From positions 1-52,383 of the IMG/VR virus record IMGVR_UViG_3300033145_003438: a stretch of 52,383 bases of DNA; one strand, 5' to 3'. How positions within the stretch are numbered: the first letter of the stretch is position 1; each line of letters starts with the position of its first letter. The DNA comes from a virus (Duplodnaviria; Caudoviricetes). The notes under the pieces are model-generated. The model was given only the letters and a program-made list of their open reading frames with translations. It ran no database searches and was not told the DNA's origin. Positions 36,569-44,427 of the stretch are shown piece by piece. Both the position numbers and the translations under genes were made by a program.

Positions 36569-36904
36569 TTAACCCCTATTTATAAAATCCGGTGGAGGAT
36601 CTTTAATGAAGCGTTTTGCTGTCAGCTTCAATCCCTCGGCTTTTGCTTTTATGATTCTATGCCAGCCATCCATAGGATATCCATCTGATCTGAGAATGAT
36701 CGGAATACCACAGTCAGCTTCCTTGACCCGTCTATAATGTGCAACATAATCTCTCAGGTTTGAAATTTTCCATCGGATTATTTCATCAAGTGAAATATCT
36801 GTTGTCTCAAATGGTCTTGCCGTGAGTTCCATGGCTGCACGAATTAATGTTGAATCCCTCCAAATATTTCCCTTAGCATCTATAAAACAATGTTTTAATT
36901 TCAT
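36569..36904 (-). CDS. ParB/Srx-like N-terminal domain protein, copy 1
   Basis: PIILRSDGYPMDGWHRIIKA motif. Confidence 0.7.
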   Translation of the reverse strand: MKLKHCFIDAKGNIWRDSTLIRAAMELTARPFETTDISLDEIIRWKISNLRDYVAHYRRVKEADCGIPIILRSDGYPMDGWHRIIKAKAEGLKLTAKRFIKDPPPDFINRG

Positions 36905-37610
36905 TTTTTTTATCCCTTACCAAATATTTTTTAAATCGCTGAAATTCCTCATCCGTATCAAATTCAACCGGAAAATTTACCCCTACAACACCTATTCGTA
37001 TTTTATGAGCTTTCCAACGTTTATATATAAAATAACCAGCGGAACGCTGAAAATTATCGCCTATAACATCCTGTAAAATATCATGATTAATGATATATGG
37101 GTTTCTTACATAAGTATGGTCCTGTGAGATGTTGTCAGCATTCAAATCTACTGCTATATATTTATTATTGGGAGCACGCACTATTCTTCTTTTGTTACTT
37201 GTCTCATTATTTATATTGCGATAGGCCGATACTACCACATCAAACTTTTCTGCTTTTTCGATCAATTTTTTAAACTGTGTTGGGGATATATAGTCATGAC
37301 CACAAACAACCAAAAATCTTTTAGATAAATTATTTTTAAATATAGTAGGAACAGACGCAAAATTAGGGCCAGTTTGTTTAAGTTTGTAGAATACATGAAA
37401 TGGTTCGATAATGCTTTTGATTGTTTGGTAATTTTTTTTGTTTATAGATATAAAAAATTTTTTCAGCCCTGCTGATTTAGCAGAGTTAATTAATAATTTA
37501 ATCAGGGCTTCCCCGTTATATTCAATCAATGGTTTGCTGTGGTGTGGATTTAGGGCAGAGCTCATTCGTGACCCAATCCCGCCGGCTGCAATAACAATAT
37601 CGGTAATCAT
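36873..37610 (-). CDS. Sugar-phosphate nucleotidyltransferase family protein
   Basis: IVIAAGGIGSRM..KPLIE, LVVCGHD and EFDT.EE motifs; visibly AT-rich. Confidence 0.82.
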   Translation of the reverse strand: MITDIVIAAGGIGSRMSSALNPHHSKPLIEYNGEALIKLLINSAKSAGLKKFFISINKKNYQTIKSIIEPFHVFYKLKQTGPNFASVPTIFKNNLSKRFLVVCGHDYISPTQFKKLIEKAEKFDVVVSAYRNINNETSNKRRIVRAPNNKYIAVDLNADNISQDHTYVRNPYIINHDILQDVIGDNFQRSAGYFIYKRWKAHKIRIGVVGVNFPVEFDTDEEFQRFKKYLVRDKKNEIKTLFYRC

Positions 37611-37753
37611 TACCTACACCCGTGACACGAAGAGCATTGGCGACAGCCAATCTTCGTGCCCCTCTTTTTAATGTTATCGAACATGAAAGTCATAGTCTTC
37701 TCGATTCGATATTTCGGCTTCTGGTATTGCCTCTTTACTTTGTTAGATTTCAT
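37610..37753 (-). CDS. 47-aa Cys-rich peptide, RiPP-precursor-like
   Basis: AAAGGA RBS; YQKP leader motif; C-terminal CRQCSSCHGCR; TAATG coupling to the nucleotidyltransferase. Confidence 0.65.
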   Translation of the reverse strand: MKSNKVKRQYQKPKYRIEKTMTFMFDNIKKRGTKIGCRQCSSCHGCR

Positions 37754-37781
37754 AGTAATCCTTTTTTGAGAGTTTAGCCTA

Positions 37782-38084
37782 TCAAGATGCTGGCGTACAT
37801 TCCCTGCAAATAGCATATCCGTCTGGAGCTGGTATCTGGCCAGAACCGTCACAGGTTTTACAGTTTTTTCTTTTAATTGCTTTAAGTTCTTTCTCACCCT
37901 CGGACCTCCAACTATTGCCATGGTTTTCATGTAAACAAAGCATCCAGTGTATGACAGCGGCCTGTTCTTCTTCAGCTTTTTCCGGAATGTCATGTCCGTC
38001 ACTTCGGAGTATCTGAGCGATTCCGATACAGGTAAAATTGGGGCGGCCTAAAATCCATTTAGTTTCATCGTTTAGTTCGAACAT
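37782..38084 (-). CDS. Phage early hypothetical protein with C-terminal DnaJ-like zinc finger
   Basis: AGGAG RBS; ILGRPNF..KAEEEQAAVIHW domain; CKTCDGSG..CREC. Confidence 0.65.
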   Translation of the reverse strand: MFELNDETKWILGRPNFTCIGIAQILRSDGHDIPEKAEEEQAAVIHWMLCLHENHGNSWRSEGEKELKAIKRKNCKTCDGSGQIPAPDGYAICRECTPAS

Positions 38085-38136
38085 GTTTTCTCCTTTGCGC
38101 TCATCTTTTCCTCCGACAGCCCCCGCAGATCGCCCC

Positions 38137-38382
38137 TCACACTTCGACCCCATCAATTAATTTATCAACGAGTTTCATCAATTCAGGGTCCGGAGATGTG
38201 ACTGATCCGGGCTTGTGTTTTATTTCCCATTGAATATCCTTGAGACACGAATCACACACTCCGATGCGATACATGGCGTACGGTCGGCCACACTTTAAAC
38301 AAAACGCTGATTCAATCATCTCAGCAATATAGCCCCGAACCTTGCATATTTTACCAGCTTCAATAGCATTTATTATGTCCAC
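38137..38382 (-). CDS. Small zinc-finger protein (start uncertain)
   Basis: CLKCG..VCDSC. Confidence 0.5.
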   Translation of the reverse strand: MDIINAIEAGKICKVRGYIAEMIESAFCLKCGRPYAMYRIGVCDSCLKDIQWEIKHKPGSVTSPDPELMKLVDKLIDGVEV

Positions 38383-38585
38383 CTCCTGATCATTCGATGC
38401 TGTTTGACCCCAAGGTTTATTCCCATGTTTTCACGGAGATAATCGCCATGGATTTCAAAGCGAGAGTTTTTCTTTTTCCGCTTTTTAATGTCGTCAAAAT
38501 CAGCATCCACATAATTTGTTGTAACAGCCATCCCATCCCAAAACTCTACTATTTCTATCATTTTTTATTCCTCTGGTTGTGGCCG
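38285..38585. repeat. 301-bp direct repeat, copy 1
   Basis: Near-identical to 39379-39679 (offset 1094). Confidence 0.92.
38373..38561 (-). CDS. Hypothetical protein, paralog A1
   Basis: GAGGA RBS; near-identical to 39467-39655. Confidence 0.65.
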   Translation of the reverse strand: MIEIVEFWDGMAVTTNYVDADFDDIKKRKKKNSRFEIHGDYLRENMGINLGVKQHRMIRRWT

Positions 38586-38986
38586 CAGTCCCGTAGTTCG
38601 GTTTCAAACCAAAAAACCACCGGCTTTTCGACAGCCTCAATTAACCCAAATCGTTCAGCCGTTCTAAAGTTCACCGAAGTTTTTCTTGCACGTTTTACCT
38701 GTTCCGATATTTCAGCCCGAAACACTTCAACGCTCAGTACAGTTTTAAAGAGATTACACGGAGCGCATGACGGGACTATATTTTCAAAATTATCATTTTC
38801 TGGCCGTAATGCCCCCCCCTGTTTCGTGACATAGCGCCCATTGTCCCTAAAACTGTCAGTTTGCCTAAAGATTGGCTTTATGTGGTCGGCGTGCCAACCT
38901 TTTTTAGGGAGATCACATCCACACCACCAGCATCTACCATTCGTTTTATTCCATACTTCCTGTCGCTGTTTTTTTGTGAGCGCCAT
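38558..38986 (-). CDS. HNH endonuclease
   Basis: CWWCG..HADHIKP..NIVPSCAPCNLFK. Confidence 0.85.
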   Translation of the reverse strand: MALTKKQRQEVWNKTNGRCWWCGCDLPKKGWHADHIKPIFRQTDSFRDNGRYVTKQGGALRPENDNFENIVPSCAPCNLFKTVLSVEVFRAEISEQVKRARKTSVNFRTAERFGLIEAVEKPVVFWFETELRDCGHNQRNKK

Positions 38987-39021
38987 ATTTATCCTTGTGG
39001 CCTATTAAGATTGGCCCGTAC

Positions 39022-39357
39022 TTAACCCTCGTTTATAAAATCCGGAGCGGGGTCTTTCTCAAATCTTCGAGCTGTCAACTCTAAACCTTCTGATTTTGCT
39101 TTGATAATTCTATGCCATCCGTCCATCGGATAGCCGTCTGATCTCAGTATGATCGGTACAGAACAATCTGCATTTCGGACACGCCTGTAATGTGCGACAT
39201 AATCTCTCAGATTTGCAATTTTCCATCGGATTACTTCTTCAAGAGACACATCCGAAACTTTAAAAGGGCTGACCGGAAGATACTTTGCGGCTTTTATGAG
39301 AGTTGAGTCTCTCCAAATATTTCCATTGTGGTCGATAAAACAGTGTTTAAGTTTCAT
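39022..39357 (-). CDS. ParB/Srx-like N-terminal domain protein, copy 2
   Basis: Paralog of 36569-36904, roughly three-quarters identical by manual alignment. Confidence 0.7.
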   Translation of the reverse strand: MKLKHCFIDHNGNIWRDSTLIKAAKYLPVSPFKVSDVSLEEVIRWKIANLRDYVAHYRRVRNADCSVPIILRSDGYPMDGWHRIIKAKSEGLELTARRFEKDPAPDFINEG

Positions 39358-39378
39358 TGTAATTCCTTTCTATGGTTG

Positions 39379-39679
39379 CGGCCACACCTTAAACAAAACG
39401 CTGATTCAATCATCTCAGCAATATAGCCCCGAACCTTGCATATTTTACCAGCTTCAATAGCATTTATTATGTCCACCTACTGATCATTCGATGCTGTTTG
39501 ACCCCAAGGTTTATTCCCATGTTTTCACGGATATAATCATCGTGGATTTCAAACCGAGGGTTTTTCCGCTTTCGTTTTTTAATGTCGTCAAAATCAGCAT
39601 CCACATAATTTGTTGTAACAGCCATCCCATCCCAAAACTCTACTATTTCTATCATTTTTTATTCCTCTGGTTGTGGCCG
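39379..39679. repeat. 301-bp direct repeat, copy 2
   Basis: Near-identical to 38285-38585. Confidence 0.92.
39467..39655 (-). CDS. Hypothetical protein, paralog A2
   Basis: Lies within the duplication. Confidence 0.65.
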   Translation of the reverse strand: MIEIVEFWDGMAVTTNYVDADFDDIKKRKRKNPRFEIHDDYIRENMGINLGVKQHRMISRWT

Positions 39680-39877
39680 AAGGTCAGTTCCGTATCCCCG
39701 TTTCAAAAGTTTCAAAATTAGTTTATCGGGCTTGATAGATTTTACACGGAACAAACTTCCCTTGACTTCAACCTGTTCGCCTACACGAAAAGCCCCTGAG
39801 TTTAACGGGTATTCCCCTTCCGCTTGATCAAAAACATGTTCCGGTATTTCCTCAAACTTTCCATTTCCTGAATCCAT
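39659..39877 (-). CDS. Hypothetical protein (SH3-like barrel?)
   Basis: AGGAGGAG RBS; FRVGEQVEVKGSLFRVKSI. Confidence 0.65.
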   Translation of the reverse strand: MDSGNGKFEEIPEHVFDQAEGEYPLNSGAFRVGEQVEVKGSLFRVKSIKPDKLILKLLKRGYGTDLRPQPEE

Positions 39878-39878
39878 T

Positions 39879-40121
39879 TTACTCCTCCTTTGATTTTATA
39901 ATGCAGTACGAATGAATGCCGTAAACCCTGCCTAAATCCTCTTTGATGTAATCCTGGTGGATTTCCATCCGTGGGTGGTTTTTATGTCGTTTTTTCAGAT
40001 CGTTCAGGTCGGCCTCAATATATATTTCGCTCTGCACCTCATAACCCGGCAATACCCTGGTACCGAATGGTGCGTCCGGGTCGTCTTGCACTTTGTTCCA
40101 AAATTTCGTTACTGTTATCAT
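39879..40121 (-). CDS. Hypothetical protein, divergent paralog A3
   Basis: YIEADLNDLKKR..RMEIHQDYIKEDLG aligns with YVDADFDDIKKR..RFEIHDDYIRENMG. Confidence 0.65.
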   Translation of the reverse strand: MITVTKFWNKVQDDPDAPFGTRVLPGYEVQSEIYIEADLNDLKKRHKNHPRMEIHQDYIKEDLGRVYGIHSYCIIKSKEE

Positions 40122-40159
40122 GCTATCACCCTTCCCGTGAGAGGCAGGCCCGTATCATC

Positions 40160-40444
40160 CTAATCTTGTCCCGCATGTTTCTTTAAAAGCCCCTGTTTTA
40201 TTTTATCGATTAAACGAGATCCACATTTCATAGAGTCACCGTTGACCATCTTATCAAGGCTATGAGATTTAGATTTAATCCTTGACCTAAACTTACCGGC
40301 CTTCAGGTTCGCTAATTCCTCTACAGATTTAAGGGACAATACTTGTCTTTCTCTATTGTCGATCTGCGCATTAATATAGCCTGCATAATAGCCATTCTCG
40401 TATGCTAATTCGCAAACTCTAAGATCATCTTTTGTCATTTTCAT
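40160..40444 (-). CDS. Hypothetical protein
   Basis: GGGGAG RBS, 94-aa ORF. Confidence 0.6.
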   Translation of the reverse strand: MKMTKDDLRVCELAYENGYYAGYINAQIDNRERQVLSLKSVEELANLKAGKFRSRIKSKSHSLDKMVNGDSMKCGSRLIDKIKQGLLKKHAGQD

Positions 40445-40524
40445 TTGTGCTCCCCCATTAAATACCTATAAATTACTGTTTTACCTGCATATTCCATGCG
40501 CAAGCGTTGCAATCGGCCAGGCCC

Positions 40525-41574
40525 CTATGCCGGGTATTGATCCCAGGTTTCACCGCTCAACATTCTACCAGCTTTCTTTTTGCCAACCTTTTTCATTCTG
40601 TAATTTTGATCAAAGCGGTAAGACCCATCAGGCAACAAACCAAAAGTATTTGATTGCTCATACTTTGGGTTCTTGCATTGTTCCCATTCTCCCCATTGTT
40701 TGAAAAAAAAAGGCACGTTGGCCTTTATACATTGCCACGCCAAAGATGCCGCCCATTCCGGGTGCATCGGTCGTGCCCCTGGTCCCGATTCGCCGCCGCA
40801 GATAACCCAATCAATAGACGGAAGTTTTGTTGATTCTATTCTTCCGAGTGACCAATCAATATCAACCGGCCCAAGCATCGGCTCAACAGAAACAAACCTG
40901 GCAGCAGCCGGGATCTGCAACAGAATAGGGATTCGCTCATCGGCTCTTTTCTGGTTTTCGGCGGTGGTACCTATCAATATATTGGGAATAGGCCATGTAT
41001 CACACCAATCCTGTCTCTGTAAATGATACCCAAGATCACCGTTTAGTAATTGTTCTGCTCGTTCAGGACGCTTTGTTAAAAATAAAAATTGGTGCCGGGG
41101 CAACATTCCAGCGATTTGAAATATTGAAAATAACCAATTCCATTCAACATCATCGTGAAAAATATCGCTCATCGAACAGACAAATATTCTCTTTGGTTTT
41201 TTCCAATCCCCGGGTTGATGTAATCGGTCTGGTTGGTTTGTAACCTTGAACGGCTCATCTTTAGGATACCCATACCGACCGGCCAGGCGTTTTGACATGC
41301 GTTCGGCATAGCAATTTTGGCACCCTTCAGATATTTTGGTGCATCCTGTTACCGGATTCCATGAAGCTGTTGCCCACTCTATGCTTGTTTCTGCCATTTC
41401 AAATACCTCCTCCTTATTATGCCGATTCCCATACTTCTCAAACCATTCCGAAGATACAGGATTGCCCCGGTACCCACACTCAGGACATTCTTTCATGTTG
41501 ATAAAGTTTTTCCGTGGTTGCATTTCCACCCCGCAATTCGGGCAATGTGTTTTCTCTGATTCAATTATTTTCAT
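40525..41574 (-). CDS. DUF5131 (phage gp37/gp68) radical-SAM-like protein with N-terminal zinc ribbon
   Basis: TSIEW..WNPVTGCTKISEGCQNCYA, FVCSMSDIFH, LTKRP, WVICGGESG, FFFKQWG; internal start at 41397. Confidence 0.88.
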   Translation of the reverse strand: MKIIESEKTHCPNCGVEMQPRKNFINMKECPECGYRGNPVSSEWFEKYGNRHNKEEVFEMAETSIEWATASWNPVTGCTKISEGCQNCYAERMSKRLAGRYGYPKDEPFKVTNQPDRLHQPGDWKKPKRIFVCSMSDIFHDDVEWNWLFSIFQIAGMLPRHQFLFLTKRPERAEQLLNGDLGYHLQRQDWCDTWPIPNILIGTTAENQKRADERIPILLQIPAAARFVSVEPMLGPVDIDWSLGRIESTKLPSIDWVICGGESGPGARPMHPEWAASLAWQCIKANVPFFFKQWGEWEQCKNPKYEQSNTFGLLPDGSYRFDQNYRMKKVGKKKAGRMLSGETWDQYPA

Positions 41575-42178
41575 TGCTCTCCACCCTTTTAAATTCCACA
41601 ACCCAAACCCAAGGATTCGATTTCCACGAATGCTTTTTTTTGTTGATCAAGTCCCATAAGTACATAAAAGATGTGTGCGCATTAGGTGCGTAGGTGTTGT
41701 AGTCATCAATCGTAACCCCGTAAAAATCTTGGCTACTGTATTTATCTCGTTCAATGAATTGTATACCCTCTTTTATTGCATCCTCGTTTGAAATATCCTG
41801 CACCCGTTCAACCCGGACGTTGGTGATTTCGAGATTGATACGTGAGGCCCACCGGGGCATGAAGATTGACGGTTTCCACTTGCACAGCTCATCTTCCAGG
41901 TGCGATGGAAAGTCACCATCGGCTCTATAAAAAAGACCATCATCTTCAATGCTGCTGTTGGTTATAAAGGCAAATGTTTCCTTCACATAAAGACGATCAC
42001 CGGGAACACCGTAGGGGCACTTGGCATAGTTTTTTATATAATAATTGCGCCATTCGCTTTCAGTGAGAGTTTCATCAAGTGTTTTTGATAGTTTAACAAC
42101 CCTCCGAGTTACAGATTTTCGATTGTCTAATATAGCCCTCACCATAGGGGCGGAAAAAAGTATCGGTTTTTCCTTCAT
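41561..42178 (-). CDS. ASCH/PUA-like phage protein
   Basis: PILFSAPMVRAIL..K..TRR, WKPSIFMPRWASRI and NPWVWVVEF motifs. Confidence 0.8.
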   Translation of the reverse strand: MKEKPILFSAPMVRAILDNRKSVTRRVVKLSKTLDETLTESEWRNYYIKNYAKCPYGVPGDRLYVKETFAFITNSSIEDDGLFYRADGDFPSHLEDELCKWKPSIFMPRWASRINLEITNVRVERVQDISNEDAIKEGIQFIERDKYSSQDFYGVTIDDYNTYAPNAHTSFMYLWDLINKKKHSWKSNPWVWVVEFKRVESNENN

Positions 42179-42263
42179 GGTTTTTATCCTCCATATAATA
42201 CTTATAATCTACTGAAATGTTTAAGTAAACTCTGCGATATTATTTATTTGTGCCAGGCCCGTA

Positions 42264-42509
42264 CTACACCCTTTTCCCAATTATACCTAATAATTCCCCC
42301 ATGGCTTTATCACGATCACTTTTAATCCTGTTCAACAGTTCGTTAGTTTCAATGGCAATCGTTATGCAAACGATACATACGGTTGTCCACTTTCCCGTTT
42401 CTGTGTAAACACCATAAATGAGGATAGATGTAAGAATCCATCGGAGTATATCAGTGCGTTTAGTTTTGCTTAACAGATACATCAAAGCCTCTTTGGTTGT
42501 GACTTTCAT
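42264..42509 (-). CDS. Small membrane protein
   Basis: Two short hydrophobic segments; AAGGA RBS. Confidence 0.55.
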   Translation of the reverse strand: MKVTTKEALMYLLSKTKRTDILRWILTSILIYGVYTETGKWTTVCIVCITIAIETNELLNRIKSDRDKAMGELLGIIGKRV

Positions 42510-42558
42510 CGTTATTTTTTCCTTTTATATTCCACAAGAAACGGCCTCGGGCTCCGGA

Positions 42559-42738
42559 TCAGTCCGGGAACGTTATGCCGTGGTTATTTTTGATCCGTTG
42601 GCCGGGCTCCGGTTTCGGTGGGTATAAAACACCCTCTATTTCTTTTATCTGCTCAATAGTGCAATTCTCTGACATGTCGATTTGATTAGATAGAATCTGA
42701 TGAAGTGCCGATAATATTAATTCTGTTTCTTGTTTCAT
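42559..42738 (-). CDS. Hypothetical protein
   Basis: GGAG RBS before ATG 42738. Confidence 0.5.
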   Translation of the reverse strand: MKQETELILSALHQILSNQIDMSENCTIEQIKEIEGVLYPPKPEPGQRIKNNHGITFPD

Positions 42739-42855
42739 GATTGCTCCATAAAATTGTTCACAAATTGACCGCGTTTTTGGTTTAATTTGGAGAGATTTGG
42801 AGAGAAAACAAAAAAAGGCTTTCAAGCCTAATCGCCTGAAAACCCTTGGTGTTAT

Positions 42856-42901
42856 TGGTGGGCCGTCCGAGAATCGAACTCGGAACCTACTGATTAAGAG
42901 T
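42856..42901 (-). other. attP: attP core: 3' half of tRNA-Lys(CTT)
   Basis: Reverse complement ACTCTTAATCAGTAGGTTCCGAGTTCGATTCTCGGACGGCCCACCA = anticodon loop to CCA; 5' half absent; about 70 nt downstream of the integrase. Confidence 0.85.
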
Positions 42902-42970
42902 TATCCGGCGATTTCAATTATTTCAAATACTTAAAATCCATTGTTCGCATTTTGTCCGCATAACGTGCGT

Positions 42971-43951
42971 TCAATATGAGAACTTTCTCCCCTCCCTCTT
43001 GAGCGTCTCCTGTAAAATCTTTGCGTAAATTTCGGTTGTTTTTATATCAACATGCCCGAGCCATTCCTTGACGACCTCAAGGGCAATCCCGCTTTTTAAC
43101 ATCTGCGTGCCGAATGTATGCCGGGTGTGGTGAAGGTGAACATCCTCAATACCGCATGCCCTGGCGATCACCTTAAACGCTTTGGTATACTTTGACAGGT
43201 CGTTCCAATGGGTGAAAACATATCCGATGTCTTTTTCCTGGCCCATAGCCTCTTTTGTTCCGGACAGGATAGGTATGGTTCTTTCTTTATCGCCTTTTCC
43301 GATCAGCCGCAGGGTATCACCGTGGACATCCTGCCATTTCAGCCGGGCTATTTCTTCTCTACGAGCTCCGGTCCAAAGAGCAAATTTAATTACCCGGTAC
43401 ATTTCATAATTATTTTTCGTGGCATATTTGAGCATATTTTCGCGTTCTTTGTCGGTCAATATTCTCGGATGCCGTTCCGGGAGCTTGAACTCGACAACCG
43501 GCACTTTCTTTTTAATGTCACCCCAAGCATGGGCCTTATTCAAAATGCCCCTGATATGCCGGAGGTATGTATTGACAGATACTTTTTTAACCCTTCTGGT
43601 CAAGCAGATAGCCTTAAATTCGTCTATTTTATGTTCATTGATACGTGAGAGTAGGGTAGAGGCTCCAAACGCCTCAGAGAGCAGCTTGAAGGCCAGTTCA
43701 TAGGCTTCAATGGTCTTGTCTGATATGTCGGTGTGTTTCAGGAAAAAGCGATCCTTGAATTGTTTAATGGTAATCCGTTTTTTATCGTCAAGTTCTTCAA
43801 GTTTGCCCTTTAAATATTTGCGCTTCATTATATTATAAAGCGCCGTGGCCTCTCGTTTGTTTTTGGTTTTGAGAGCACGCGGTTTATCGCGCTCAAACTC
43901 GTAATAGTAATATCCGTTTTTTCTTTTAAATAGTCGCATGGATATTTTCAT
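42971..43951 (-). CDS. int: Tyrosine integrase
   Basis: TGARREE, GKGDKER, HHTRHTF, LGHVDIKTTEIY catalytic residues. Confidence 0.95.
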   Translation of the reverse strand: MKISMRLFKRKNGYYYYEFERDKPRALKTKNKREATALYNIMKRKYLKGKLEELDDKKRITIKQFKDRFFLKHTDISDKTIEAYELAFKLLSEAFGASTLLSRINEHKIDEFKAICLTRRVKKVSVNTYLRHIRGILNKAHAWGDIKKKVPVVEFKLPERHPRILTDKERENMLKYATKNNYEMYRVIKFALWTGARREEIARLKWQDVHGDTLRLIGKGDKERTIPILSGTKEAMGQEKDIGYVFTHWNDLSKYTKAFKVIARACGIEDVHLHHTRHTFGTQMLKSGIALEVVKEWLGHVDIKTTEIYAKILQETLKREGRKFSY

Positions 43952-43952
43952 A

Positions 43953-44198
43953 TTATCCTGTCCTCAACAATGCAAGTGCTTTATCTTCCAGGTATCCGGC
44001 TTGGTTGTTTCGATACTCATCGATGGAATATCTATCGAATATCCAATCACCGCGCTTTGAATCGGGATCTTGGAAGCCTTTAATGTGGCCCTCTTCGGCC
44101 AGTTGTTTGAGGCGCTCCTTGCCGATGGACGCCCATGCAGCGGCTTGTTTCAGCTTTAACCACCTGGGCCATTCTTTATATGTGGAGGGATTATTCAA
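43953..44198 (-). CDS. xis: Excisionase-like winged HTH
   Basis: WLKLKQAA..L..LA..G.I..GDWIF pattern, directly upstream of int. Confidence 0.7.
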   Translation of the reverse strand: MNNPSTYKEWPRWLKLKQAAAWASIGKERLKQLAEEGHIKGFQDPDSKRGDWIFDRYSIDEYRNNQAGYLEDKALALLRTG

Positions 44199-44199
44199 C

Positions 44200-44427
44200 T
44201 TAATTCAACCATTCAACAGCTTCGTCGTATGCCTCTTCATATCCATTGCCTATGCGTTGATAGAGGGCCTTTTGCATGTCTCCCGGGAGTTGCTTGTAAC
44301 AAGGAAAACAAAAGGATCTCATTTTCTGTTTTGACCTTCCGCATTGACATTCTCCGCTTTTGAGCTCGTTCGAGTAGAATTTAAAATCTTTCACAATATC
44401 TCCAATTGTGGTGGTAAAAGCCTTCAC
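44200..44427 (-). CDS. Small zinc-finger protein
   Basis: CQCG..FCFPCY..LP. Confidence 0.55.
   Translation of the reverse strand: MKAFTTTIGDIVKDFKFYSNELKSGECQCGRSKQKMRSFCFPCYKQLPGDMQKALYQRIGNGYEEAYDEAVEWLN

Larger units (their letters stand above)
36557..42263 (-). repeat. Dispersed motif TACGGG(C/A)CTG(G)C at gene 3' ends (7 copies)
   Basis: Copies at 36557-36568, 38585-38595, 39013-39020, 39682-39694, 40143-40154, 40516-40527, 42252-42263. Confidence 0.75.

Noticed and set aside
37610-38002. 130-aa ORF as given in the track
   Set aside because: The upstream part overlaps the 37782-38084 gene; the RBS supports a start at 37753
38285-39679. DGR template/variable repeat pair
   Set aside because: No reverse transcriptase in the window, and mismatches are not adenine-specific
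36557-42263. CRISPR array or classical integron attC sites
   Set aside because: Repeats are short, degenerate and gene-spaced, with no GTTRRRY-bounded hairpins, cas genes or IntI-type features seen
42856-42901. Complete tRNA-Lys gene
   Set aside because: D arm and 5' acceptor strand are missing; better explained as the attP core
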